Translations under genes and position numbers: made by a program | Assembly (NCBI GenBank): GCA_030265395.1 | Contig: JARFYF010000065.1 | Location: 6,031,907-6,095,906, forward strand | DNA length: 64,000 nt | Source of the DNA: Rhina ancylostomus | Taxonomy: Eukaryota | Reading direction: 5' to 3' | Notes under the pieces: generated by a model | Database searches by the model: none | Told to the model about the DNA's origin: nothing | Seen by the model: only the letters and a program-made list of their open reading frames with translations | Shown: positions 12,081 through 24,200 of the stretch, in pieces | Numbering within the stretch: the first letter of the stretch is position 1 | Layout of the letters: each line of letters begins with the position of its first letter

Positions 12081-14593
12081 TGAATTGACAGAGAGACTTC
12101 TGGCATTCAGATTGCTATGCAAGATGTTTCTTGTTATGCCATCTTTGTGTCTGAAATCCTAGCCCCAAACCCGAGTAACAATTTTTACTCCAATAGCACT
12201 TTGAAACATTGCCATCTGTTGGGGTGACTTACAGTTTCCTTATTCTCTGGCCGCCTTTGAACTTTCCATGGGGAAGTGATATCATATCAGCATTCTGCCA
12301 GACAAAACTAATGATCTGTCTGCTGGTTTTGTATTTAGATTGTAGAATTCATCCAGCTTTTACATGCTAATAGAAGAGCATTTAATACAGTTTCTAAATA
12401 AGTTTCTAAATTGCTGCTTTAGATCTGATAACATTTCATGGCTCACTGCTTTGTTTAGTTTCTTGATGAATTTTTGAGAATTGAGCTCCCTGCCGATATT
12501 TAGATGGCTTAGTAGTAACTACGGAATTTAACTGAATTCAAGCTTCCCCCATTACATATTGGGGGAGGAAAAGTGAAATGAAATTGTCGGCAGTCTAGGT
12601 ATCTAAAAGTGATTTTTATTTTTAAAAAAATTAAAATGGAGTGTAAAAAGAACTCTTTCGGGGGGGGAAATGGTTAATATCCAAAATAGTGTAAAAAGAT
12701 TTTTCCTGTAATCACTTACTATGCAAAGTTTTTGTGGTGATTTATATAAAGGATGGAGTTCCACTTCAGTCACTTGTGCAACAGAATAGTCTTTTGGGAG
12801 TGGGACATCACGGAAATTAAGTTTTGCTCTGTTGATAATGTTACATCAACTTCATAGTGGAGTTTAATAAAAACACAAGCGTTTCTTTCTCTTGGCCTTG
12901 GTGGTGGTGCAGCAGTTTCAAATTTCATTATGATAGCTAATAATATGAAATGACCATGAGGCTATTGATCATTGAACCTAGTCTGGGCAGTATGCGATTC
13001 CAGGCCCACCAATGTGTCTGACTCCTAAATGGCACAGCAAATTGTACAAATGCTGCTGTGTTGAAAAGGAAAATGAAATTGGGTTGCCTAGTATTGACTT
13101 AACCACCAAATTCAGATACAACAAAATTCCTGCTAGCCCAGTCAATCTTGCAAAGTTCTTCTCGTATTCATCTAATGACTGATCACAGGCCACCTCCACA
13201 CAATGAATGGGTTCTGTTTTTACAGACGTCCATAAGCCAAGATTTCCGTCTGTAAGTTGGAAAATACAGAAAAACCACTCTATGGTACCCATACGTTCAT
13301 GATATTGTAATAAATGTTATCAAAAGCACACTTGTCTGATTAAAGAACAATAACTGAAAGTGGAGAGGGGAAAATGGTTCTACCAGTCGTAGGAACATTG
13401 AATTTAATAATACCATGGGAGTTTGTTCTTGTGTAGGGGTGTCCATTAATAGGGCATTCATAACCCAGGGATGGCCTGTGAACTGTTTAAATTGGGTTAG
13501 CTATCCCACAGTCTAATTGTACTTGGAAAATCAAACCTCTGAAACAATGTACCAGTGCTTCCATCACAGCCTCCAAAGTGGCAGCACAGAGGTGCACAGG
13601 CTGAAGGTGGTAGTCCTGTATGTGGTCAATGTTGGTTCCAGGACCTGTGAATTCACATTGTGTCAGTTCAATAAAAGGATGAAGATTTCTGATTATCACC
13701 TGCAGTCTACTTGGAAGAAGCACTGAATGTAGCAAAGGCACAGAATGTACATACCTGGAGGTTTTCAATGTCCATCAGCAAGAGTAGTTTGGTAGCACCA
13801 TCACTGTTCAAGCCATCTGAGTTCTGAAGGATATAGTTGTCAGATTGGATCTTCAGCAGGTAGTGAGTGAACCAATGAGGGATAACTCAGTTTGTCCTGA
13901 TTATCACCAGTTAATTCATGACATGCATCTCTCCATAGCAGTGCTGCTTGAAGCTCTAATCTTACCACATCTAGTCATGAATGGTGATGTACATTTAATC
14001 AGTTTAGAAGGAAGCTCCAAGAAGATTCCCTTCTCAATGATGGCTGGGGTTGGTGTGCGTCTGCTAAAGACGAACATTCTCAGTGGTGATCCAACATCAC
14101 TGAATGAACAATCTTCCTTGGCTTCCTTCTGACATCTCCAACCTGGAAGTCAGTCTTCAGCTAATTTGACTCATGATGTCATTGAAAATGTTGGGGACAG
14201 CTGTCTAACCAAACAGTATTCCTACTATAGTATTCCAAGATTTACTTGCTCCTTTGGCCAAGTTGTGCCAGTACAGTTACAACACTGGCATCCACTTGAT
14301 TTGTGGAAAATTGGCTAGTTATATTTGGTTTAGAACAAGTGCAATCTGGCTTTTACTTTGTAATTGATGTACCCTTAGCCATCAGAACTAGCCAATCATC
14401 CAGAACACAGAATGACAGCAGAGCCCACATCAACTGTTTAACCANNNNNNNNNNTTCTGTTTGTAGCTACTTTGCAAGTAAGTAAACAAGGGTTGTATAG
14501 AGAGAGACAACATTTAAGCAAGAGCCTTTGAATGCCATGTGGCATTTGTGCCACAAAATGGCAGGCAGTGATCATATTCAACAACATAGCATT

Positions 14594-15437
14594 TGTTACG
14601 AACCAGCAACAAAAACACATCAAGTCATGTATAAGTGTTTAAAAAAAACTGCTTTATTAATAACTACTTGTGATATTAAGTAAAATTGAAGTAAAAATGT
14701 TAAACCCTAAACATTAACCCCAAAACTAACTAGACTCATCGTGTGTGTGTGTGTGTGGGAAATTCCCAAACTCCACGTCCAGGAATGGTTCTCAAAGTTC
14801 AGTTCAGCAAGCCATAAGGTGAACCATGAGCCAAGGCTTCTTCAACAACCACCGTTGACTGAAGACAAGATGTAGAGGGAAAATAGAGAGTAATTACGAA
14901 ATCCAAATGTTCCATGATGGGGAACCCAAACGACTTGGTATTTACTCAGCAGTGACTACTCCACTGCATCTTCCTCACCCCGAAAGGCTCTTGAATGTTC
15001 CATGATGGAACCCAAATGACACCTCAGTGTCTACTCAGTAGTGACTTCTTCACCCTGAAAAATATCTGAATCATGGCCGTTCACACAAAATACCTGTTTT
15101 CTTCTACAGGTCAACAACAAAATGGACTCCACCGCTTTGTTCTGAAGTGTCTGCCACACCCAAAAGCATCCGTGACATGGCTGTCCACACACACATACCT
15201 GGTTTCCTCTACAGGCTAATGACAAAGTGGACTCCACTGAATGACTCCCAAAAATCTGTCTGTGGATTGTAGTGACAGTCACAGTTATTGTTTCTCATCC
15301 ATCGATAGAGAAAACAAGCAGGCTGGGGTCGTCCTCGTGCCCCCCCCCCCCCCCCGCCAAAACTGGCTGTTCCAATAACATCATGACATCCTTTACCTTC
15401 TGTTGGCGTAAGCACCACACACCCCTAATCTGTAACA
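14594..15437 (-). mobile_element. Solo LTR, 844 bp (probably Gypsy or ERV)
   Basis: Termini TGTTAC...GTAACA; 4-bp TSD CATT (14590-14593 / 15438-15441); minus-strand AATAAA about 60 nt from the 3' end; two pairs of internal duplications. Confidence 0.85.
14741..14757. repeat. (GT)n microsatellite inside the solo LTR
   Basis: gtgtgtgtgtgtgtgtg. Confidence 0.9.
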
Positions 15438-17789
15438 CATTGAAATTGAATCAATAAAATCCCATGCAATCAACTTGCTGTTGGTTACCATTGATATAAC
15501 CCAGCTGGACCAGTTAGATGCCTGTTATTGGTACAGGAGCAGTGCAAAGGCTAGATATTCTGCTCCAAGAAACTTGCCTGACCATCTTCCTCCCCCCCCC
15601 CCGAGGCAATAATCTATAATAAGGTAAATTAGGAGAGTAATGGAATACTCTCCCCTTGCCCGTATGTCGTCGCACTGTTGCAGTATCTGTACCAGAGGAC
15701 AACAGCAGTACAAGAAGGTAGCTCATCACCTCTTAGAGGCAGATAGAGATGGGCAGTAAGTGCTGGCTTTACTAATGCCCAGACCCTGTTAAGTGAACAA
15801 GTGCTTGAAACTTTTTCATCTGAGTATTAGAGTAGGACAGACCATATTTCTGAAATAGAAGGGGTATTTCTTGACCTTGGGAAGAAAACGTGAAATGGCA
15901 TTAAATTTCTGTGACTCAGTCAATTTCATGTATTTGCAAAGCAGGTGGTACAGCTATCAAAATAGCAACTTCAGTGATGCACTAATGTTCCTTAAGTTGA
16001 AAAGAGAATGATATAACATTGAACATTCTATAGTGCAAATTGATCATGTATTCCATATGGTGGGAAGGGATAATTTAGCAAGCCAAATCAAAACTAATTT
16101 CCTTCCAATAAAGATGGGGAGGAAAATAGACTGCCATAACAAATGTAAGACACTAGAATTTAACTCCACTGTTAGTCATTTATGTCCTGATAGTGCTGAT
16201 AACCCAGATTTGCAATCACAGTGTTAAATTAAGTCTTTTAGGCTTTCACTTCAAAATCGCTATTAGATTTCATTAAACTATTTCACTCGCCAGTTATGTT
16301 TGCACCCAGCACTAACGTGCCTGTTGGATACTTTCCAACTTGGGGCCCAGCTTAAGTAAACATTGGGTAGTTGTAAGTCTACTTGGATCACTGACATAAA
16401 TAAAGTAAACTGATAAATTTGCCAAGTCTTAGGAAACATGTTAGGTGACCTGACAAACCAGCAGTACCAGAAAAGAAACCACATGGGTTGAACTAGCTCA
16501 GACCTGGCATTTAAAATTGTTTTAAAAGTGTGGGTGTCTTGTATAATTTTGACTTTTGATGTAATAAACTGACATTTTAAAGGTTGTTAATAATTTGGAT
16601 GAATTGTGCTTCTCTTCAGTACTCAATCTTTGGGAAACATTTGTCATGTTGAAGCTACTTAAAATTGCATGTCTAGATTTTTTTCTCCATTTTCAATTGA
16701 TCTCCTAAATGTCTAATAGAGTATCCAATTATCTGAATTAAATAGGGAGCTTTAATTTATGTAGGTTCTTAGATCATTAAAAAAAAATACAAAGCCTTGC
16801 AGCTCATGAATCATTTTGGAATTATTTCATGGTTTTGTACCAATCAGCACAAGCCCCAGAAACAGTGTGGTGACCAATTAATCTTTCTGTTTATGGTGGT
16901 TTATGGATGAATGATTTCTAGTGGAGCACCACTCCTCTTTGAATTATGCAATGAAATTTTATTCCCACCCAAGAAAGCTTAGTTTTAACATTTTTGCCCT
17001 AAGTCTCTCAGTGCTGCAACTGTATTGATCTGGATTATGTGATTAAGTCTATGGAGTGAAATACTGCAGACAACATGTATCAAAGAATCACAATGATTAC
17101 AGCATAAAAGGCCATTTGTCCTGTTAAGTCACCAGGCCTGTGAATGAACAATTCTTGTTCCATTCCCCAGACTTTTCCCTTAGCCCTACAAATTGTTAAT
17201 TGAGGTCAGACCTATTAAATTGGAGTACAGTGTAAAATGTATGGCTGGATTGGTTTATCGTTAAGTGTTTATATTGTCTAAGCAGTAATGGAAATAGATG
17301 ATTTGGTGGCACAATGGATTGTTTAAAAAAAATAATTAGCTAAAATCTGAAGTTGTCTGGGAAGTCACAACAGGTGAGAGAACCTGTTGGTGTACATAGC
17401 TGATTCATTTCCCTTTTTTAAGGGGATATTTTGGCAGAATAAGGTGAGGCCATAAACTGTGCCTGCTCATTTTTTAACCTAATGGACTGTTCTCTAACCA
17501 AGGCTCTGAACCCTCCATGTCTAGAAGGAACTTGATGGTTTTATGCAAGACTGCACATCTGATTGACCCAGGGTGAATCCTATCTGTGGTGAGACTAACA
17601 GAGGTCCATATATTTTCTATTGTTGTCTATTTTTGTTATTGTCATCTGGTTACTTCTAGAGCCATTTGATTGATAGATTAATGAGAACAGCTGGAGACGT
17701 TATGTTTTCATGTCAGATTTCTGGCATCTGCAGTATTTTTCTGATTTGTGAAAAATCATTTGCTTCAGTTTCAATGATGCCAAAAAGAA

Positions 17790-18043
17790 TGGTATTGGTT
17801 TATTACTGTCACTTGTACCTAGGTACAGTGAAAAACTTGTCTTGCATACCATTCATACAGATCAATTCATTACACATTGAGGTACTACAAGGTAAAAACA
17901 ATAACAGAATACAGAGTAAAGAATCATAGCTACAGGGTAGTGCGTTGCAAGTAGACAATAAGGTGCAAAGTCAAACAAAGTAGATTGTGAGGTCAAGAGT
18001 CTATTTCATTGTATAAGGTCAATATCTCATTAGTCTTATTACC
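17790..18043 (-). mobile_element. Rex/Babar-like LINE 3' end, running into an N gap
   Basis: 'ggtattggtttattactgtcac...tacagtgaaaaacttg': reversed AATAAA plus short-repeat tail; related to 21300-21375 and 61130-61300. Confidence 0.5.
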
Positions 18044-18439
18044 NNNNNNNNNNNNNNNNNNNNNNNNNNNNNNNNNNNNNNNNNNNNNNNNNNNNNNNNN
18101 NNNNNNNNNNNNNNNNNNNNNNNNNNNNNNNNNNNNNNNNNNNNNNNNNNNNNNNNNNNNNNNNNNNNNNNNNNNNNNNNNNNNNNNNNNNNNNNNNNNN
18201 NNNNNNNNNNNNNNNNNNNNNNNNNNNNNNNNNNNNNNNNNNNNNNNNNNNNNNNNNNNNNNNNNNNNNNNNNNNNNNNNNNNNNNNNNNNNNNNNNNNN
18301 NNNNNNNNNNATGGAGATATGATCTCCATTATGATCCTAAGCAACTTTGTTCAGAAAGGAACGCTGGGTGGTACTGTGGGCTGTAAGAAGGATGCATTGG
18401 AGCTCTGGGGGGTGGGGGGGGGCGGGGAGGAAGAGTGGG

Positions 18440-19260
18440 AAATGGCATGTAATGTAGAGATGATGTAGGTTAAGTGAATGAATGAGGGTGTGGAAAATTA
18501 TGCAGGGAGAAAGAGTGATGTTCACTTTGGTAGAAGTAAAGTAGGGTTGTGTTTTCTTCAAATAGCAAGCGATTAAAAGGCGTTGGTATTCACAAGGACT
18601 TTCGATCACCTGAGCTAAGAAAGGATGTATGTAGTGGGCATGCAGTAAGAATTTGCTAGACTGGTTTTATGGAGAGTTGCTATACGAGGAGTGAGTGAGC
18701 AAGTTGGAACAATATTCCTTAGACTTGAGAAGAATGAGAGAGAACATAATTTTAAAAAATTGGTTAAAAGGGCTTGACAGGCTTGATGCAGAGAAAATGA
18801 TTCTTTTAGATGAGGAGTCATTAGTTGTGCTTATTCAAAACAGGATTATTGATCCTGACCTTGGGGGCTGTCTGTGCAGAGTTTGAACATTTTCTTCATG
18901 ATTGCTTGGGTTTCTTCTGGCTGCCTCATTCCCACATCCCAAAGATATGCTGATGTTAATTGGCTACAGTAAAGTAACTCCTAATGTAGGTTAATAGCAA
19001 AAAAAATTAAGGGGGAGTTATTAGGCTTGTGTGAGAGAAGTTGCAGGGGTATGGGAAATAAGGAGAGGGGACTGGACTAAAGGGAGCGGGTGCAGACCTG
19101 ATGGGCTGAACCACAGCCTCCTGTGTCTTTACAAGATAGATTTCTGGGTATTAAGTGATTGAAGATTGTACTTGGAAATGATGCTGAGTTGGATGATCAG
19201 CCATGATCTTGATGAATATAGAGCAGGTTCAAAGAGCCAAGTGACTTGTTGCTCTTTTAT
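18440..19260 (+). mobile_element. CR1 3' fragment with a nested old V-SINE (about 18830-19130)
   Basis: CR1-like 'LRRMRE..KGLDRLDAEKM' in ORF 18695-18886; V-domain 'gtctgtgcagagtttgaacattttc...cccacatcccaaagat'. Confidence 0.6.
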
Positions 19261-20519
19261 TACTGAATCCTCCATCACTATAACCATTCCAGTAAAACTT
19301 CTTCACTTCAGTCTTTACATCCTCAGCTTCTCCTGTCTATCTATGTATCTGAAATTCCTCAACCATGGCACCATTCTTATACAAGTCATAAGTTGATTAG
19401 TCTGTGGAGCTGTTTTAATTTGGATATGAATTCCTAGTTGTTAATGAGAAGTTTGCATGGTTCACTGGGCTGAGATTGCCCAGATTTTGTTTCAATAGAG
19501 TCCTTGGATTGCATTTGACCATCCTTTCTCTTGTATAATCAAAAATACTGAGTGGCTTGCTGTTCCACTTAAATTTCAAATTCATAGTGTGGGACTGGAA
19601 TAAATTGTGCATTGACCAGATAAGTTAACATTCTTGCCTGAAGCACATTGGTGAATATTTTTGCTTGTATGATAATCCAAAAGCTTTCTGGGTATTTGTC
19701 AATGTCCACAATTTGTCAAATTTATTGAGTCAATTATTTAATCTGGCAAAGTGGCATTATACCTTGTAATATAATATTCAGATGTCCAATGGGAATTGAT
19801 CGCAATCTTGGAGGGAGGTGTATGATTTGGCCTTAATTTATCCACCCAGAGGACTTACTTTGCCTTGCAGTGGAGAAACATTCAGGAATGTTAACCAGAG
19901 GCAGATTGAGCACACATTGTAAATTGACGTGGGAAAAACTCGCATGGATTTGTTTAAGGCTAATTTAACTAATCTGAAGATTTTTTGATGAGGAAACAGT
20001 GGATCAGTGGCCTTTTTTTTAATTGTTTCTTTGCTATATAGTTCCAACATTTTTTGTTGGTTTTGTTCACTGCTCTGCATTATCTTCAACTCCATCCAAT
20101 GCTATTTCAACACCATTTGCAGCACAATTTATTTAACCTGTGAATACGAAGATCACATATTACAGTGCAGGAGGTCATTATTTGACCCATTGGGTTCATC
20201 CTGCTTGTCGGTAAGAGCATTTAAGCAAGTCTTGCTGTTCAGAGGCCTCAATTCTGTCAAGGACCTATCTACTTTTTTTAGTGCTATAATTGAATCTGCC
20301 TTCTCTTGCCCACCCCATCCCAACACATACTGCGGTTCAAATTCTAACCACTCCCTGTGTTTTTTAAAGAAATCTTTCCCCATGCTATTTCTGGTTCTTT
20401 GGCCAATTACTTGCATTTTTTTTAGTCTTCATAACCATCTTAAGACTGTCAATCAGAACTTGACACAATGCAAAAGATCTGGCTGAAGCAATGTTTTGAA
20501 GTTCATTTATGATTTCCCT

Positions 20520-21170
20520 AAAACCAAAGAATCCTATACACTACCTCAGTTTGCCTTGCCGCTTCAATGATTAATGTAAATGGACCTCTACCCCAGTATC
20601 ACTTCCAGAATTCAGCTTGTTTATTCTTCCTATGTAAATCTTCATGTTTATGTGTATTAAATTTCATTTGCTCTTACCACAAGCCTATCCATTTCCTTCT
20701 GAATTCTATTACCATCATCCTTGCAGTTCATTAAGCTTCTAAGTTTTGTAATGTCTACAAATTTGGTTACTGTATCCTATACACCCAACTATGAATATAA
20801 ATTGGCAAAGGCTGTGATTCTGGTACAAGCCGACTGGGGAACATTACTGTATACTTCCCTCTAGTCCAAAAAGAAGCTGTTGACTATTGCTGTCTTTTAC
20901 TTAACAAATTTTCTATATGTGCTGCCACTGCCCCTTTTATTCCACTATCTTGATGACAGCTTATTACACAGTGCTTTATGAATATCTTTTTGAAAAGCCA
21001 CATTGCATTTTTCTCCACTGATCCACTGTTTCCTTATCAAAAAATTTTCAGAATAATTAGCCTTTAACAAATCAATGCTAGTTTTTCCCACATCAATTTA
21101 CAATCTGTGCTTAATCTGCCTCTGGTTACCATTCCTGATTGTTTCTCCACTGCAAGGTTAAACTGGATGA
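20520..21170 (-). mobile_element. Decayed CR1 ORF2 fragment
   Basis: Reverse similarity to the CR1 RT segments at 11200-11500 and 32000-32450. Confidence 0.5.
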
Positions 21171-21935
21171 CTTCTAGTGGCTGGGTCTGTGGAAAGAAAG
21201 AATTAACATTTCAGGTTGAAGGCTCTTCATCAGAACAAGGAAAGAGATTTAAAGGTGATTTTAATTCGCAGAACAGGTGGAGGGAATGATGGATAGGACA
21301 AAGTCAAGTTCATTGTCATATGTACAGGTGCAATGAAAAACTTGCAGCAGCACCACAGCATCATATAAGCAGCATTCAGAAAATTTGAGCAACATTGCAG
21401 AAAATACATCAAAATCTGCCTTGGGGTATTTCCTTCATATAACTTGAAACTATTTTGGAAGTTAATGTTGATGAGATCCTGAGTTTTATTAACATAGTGG
21501 CCCCAAAGGTGCTCGTATTTGGAAATTGCTATTAGTTCAATTGGACTCTGGCTCTCAGGCATGTATGTTGTTCATCAGTGATACACTCTTCAAATTTTAT
21601 TTCTCAACCCAAAAACAAATTGATTCAATGAAGTTTAATGTTTTCAATTAAGACTTGTTCTGTTTATCTATCATGAATGCTGTAGTCATCTTGAGTGCTT
21701 ATTTCCAACCTGAGTCCTATTATAATTTTTCTAGTCTGTTTTACTGACATTGAAATTGACCATATGTATACTTCAACACAAAAATCCAGTGTACTGTACC
21801 TGTAACAGCATTGCAAGCAGTGGTATGTCAGTGGTACTGATGAATGAGTTTTTTTTAAACTGCTCTAGTTTATCACCAGCTTGTATAATTTAAACCAAAA
21901 ACATGAATGAATGTCTTAAATCACTGGCAAAATGA

Positions 21936-22136
<201 letters not shown>

Positions 22137-22456
22137 TGATGCATCTACATTGAGATAATGAAAAATAAGCAAAACTTTTCTTGCAGAGAATTCCTGAAAT
22201 AGATATTGGGGTAAATTGTATGCCTTGCAAGGAATAAGTTTTGTTTGACTTCCAGATTGTTGCTCTCCCTGTCCAAGCCCTTTTTGAAGTATGGTTCTGC
22301 TGCTCAAGCAATTGTCCAGTAGTTCGCTCAGCTGTGATTTTTATAGAAATTTTGATAAACTGTTTGTTCCACGATGGAAATTCTCTGATACAAGAATATC
22401 TGCTCTAAGATGTGTGTATTTATTTGTGTATTTCAACATGTTGCATTTTGTGAATT

Positions 22457-22772
22457 CACCAAGTCCTTGTTATTTTTAGGGAAAGGGACAGGGGTGACTT
22501 TCAGATGGGGGATAAAAGTGGAGATGCCACTCAGGCTGCCGGCAATGACATACAGTGGTCAACCCCCTCCACGAATATAACAGCTGTTAAAGCAAGTTTC
22601 AGGTTGTATGTTTCAGCTTACAAAAGTAAGCTGATCCCAACTCCGGTTCCAGCTGCACACTGACCATTGATAATTCACTCCATTACATTTGTCAACATTC
22701 CTATTAATGCACAGCCAACCTCATGGGTATGCAGATCTGCAGATAATGTCAGCAGATAACAAGGACTTGGTG
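22457..22772. repeat. Perfect 17-nt inverted repeat flanking the candidate poison exon
   Basis: caccaagtccttgttat (22457-22473) is the exact reverse complement of ataacaaggacttggtg (22756-22772). Confidence 0.95.
22480..22625 (+). other. Candidate PTC-containing (poison) cassette exon in intron 3
   Basis: Acceptor ccttgttatttttag| at 22479; in-frame GGA AAG GGA CAG GGG TGA (stop 22495-22497); donor aaa|gtaagc at 22626, weaker alternative cag|gttgta at 22603. No transcript evidence. Confidence 0.45.
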
Positions 22773-23689
22773 TGAAACACAAGTAAACTGAATTACAAAA
22801 ATCCACGTCTCAGACCGCTGCTAGATTCTAGCATTAAAATAACAAAGAATTTGGGCAGTTGTATTTTATACAGTCATTCCATAAGAGCTTTTCTTGACAA
22901 GATTAAGTGGTAATTTTAAGTTTTTAATGCAGAAGTACCACCAGTATTTCATGTGCATTTTGATAAATCTGGTGTTTTGGATCTTAACTGAGGGAAATGG
23001 AATATCCAAGGAGACATTCCAGGTCACCTCAATATTGGAAATAGAAACTGAATATTCTGACAATTCAATCAAAATCTTTTATTGATTGACTTGAGGGGAC
23101 CAGTGTACTTGTGGAGAACCAATGAAGAATTGGATGGTGTTTTCTGTTTACTTCAGCTGAAAGGTTTTCAGCATGACTTATGACAAAGTTGTAATGGATG
23201 GCTCCTAAGTATAGTGTCCTTCTGTACTGTTACTGTCATGATTTAAAGTAACTTTTCAATGAATGTAGCAAATAGAATTGCAATTTATAGAATGGGCTGT
23301 ATTTGTGTTTCACTTGATACGTCTGGGATTAAATTTAAACTGCAGATTGAGATCATGAGTGTGACGCTCAGATTTAACTGCCCACCACTACTCCTTCCAG
23401 AGTGCTACATTTCAGTAAGACACAGAATAACATAGAATGAGTATCATGTCCATTTTTGCTCTCTCTACCCAAAAGAAGATGTAGAGAAGGTGCAATGAAG
23501 ATTCACCAGATAATTTCCTCAGATGTAGGCATGTCCAGTGAGAAAAGAGATACACAAGAAATTGTAGATGGTGGTAACTGGAGCAAAAAACAAGGTGCTG
23601 GAGGAACTCAGCAGGTTGAGCAGGAGCTGTGGAGGCAAAGGGATAGTTGACATTTAGGGTCAAAGCTCTGCATCAGGACTCTAACTCAG

Positions 23690-24200
23690 TAACTGCAGTG
23701 TATTTTGTAGATGGTACTCACTATAGACACTGTGGTGGACAGAATGAATGTGTAGGGTAGTTGACGGTGTGCCAGTCAAGTGGCTTAGTTTATCTTTAAT
23801 GATGTTGAGTATGTTCAGAGTTATTGATTCTGCACTCATACAGCCAAGTAGAGAGATTCCATTATCCTCCTGACTTGTGCCTTGTAGATGGTAAAGAGGC
23901 CTTGGGGTGTTAGGAGGTGAGTCACTTGCTGCAGGGGACCAAGTCTCTGACCTGCTCTTGTAGCCACAGTATTTATGTGGCTGGTCCAATTGAGTTTCTG
24001 GTCAATAATGTACCCCAGGATATTAATTATGGGGCAACTCAGCGATGGTAATCCATTGAATATCACGGGTGGATTGTTAGTCATTGTCTTATACAGTTAT
24101 GATGAGAATGTAATTTGTCGCTTCTCAACCCACGCCCAATATCATCTAGGATTTGCTGCTCTAAGATATGGGCTGCTTCATGTGTTAAGGGATTATGAAT
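23690..24200 (-). mobile_element. CR1/L2-clade LINE RT C-terminal remnant
   Basis: ORF 23836-24084(-) INILGYIIDQKLNWTSHINTVATRAGQRLG..LFTIYKAQVR; reverse match to 48040-48250. Confidence 0.85.

Larger units (their letters stand above)
13430..15790 (+). mobile_element. Decayed CR1/L2-clade LINE split by a solo LTR
   Basis: Similar to 40200-40800, 47855-48680 and 63480-64000; sequence resumes collinearly after 15437. Confidence 0.65.

Noticed and set aside
14900-15240. Spaced direct repeats resembling a CRISPR-like array
   Set aside because: Only two copies per unit, inside a solo LTR in vertebrate DNA.
20007-20486. 159-aa ORF and other short intronic ORFs in the track
   Set aside because: No domain similarity, non-ATG starts, overlap with decayed repeats; chance ORFs.
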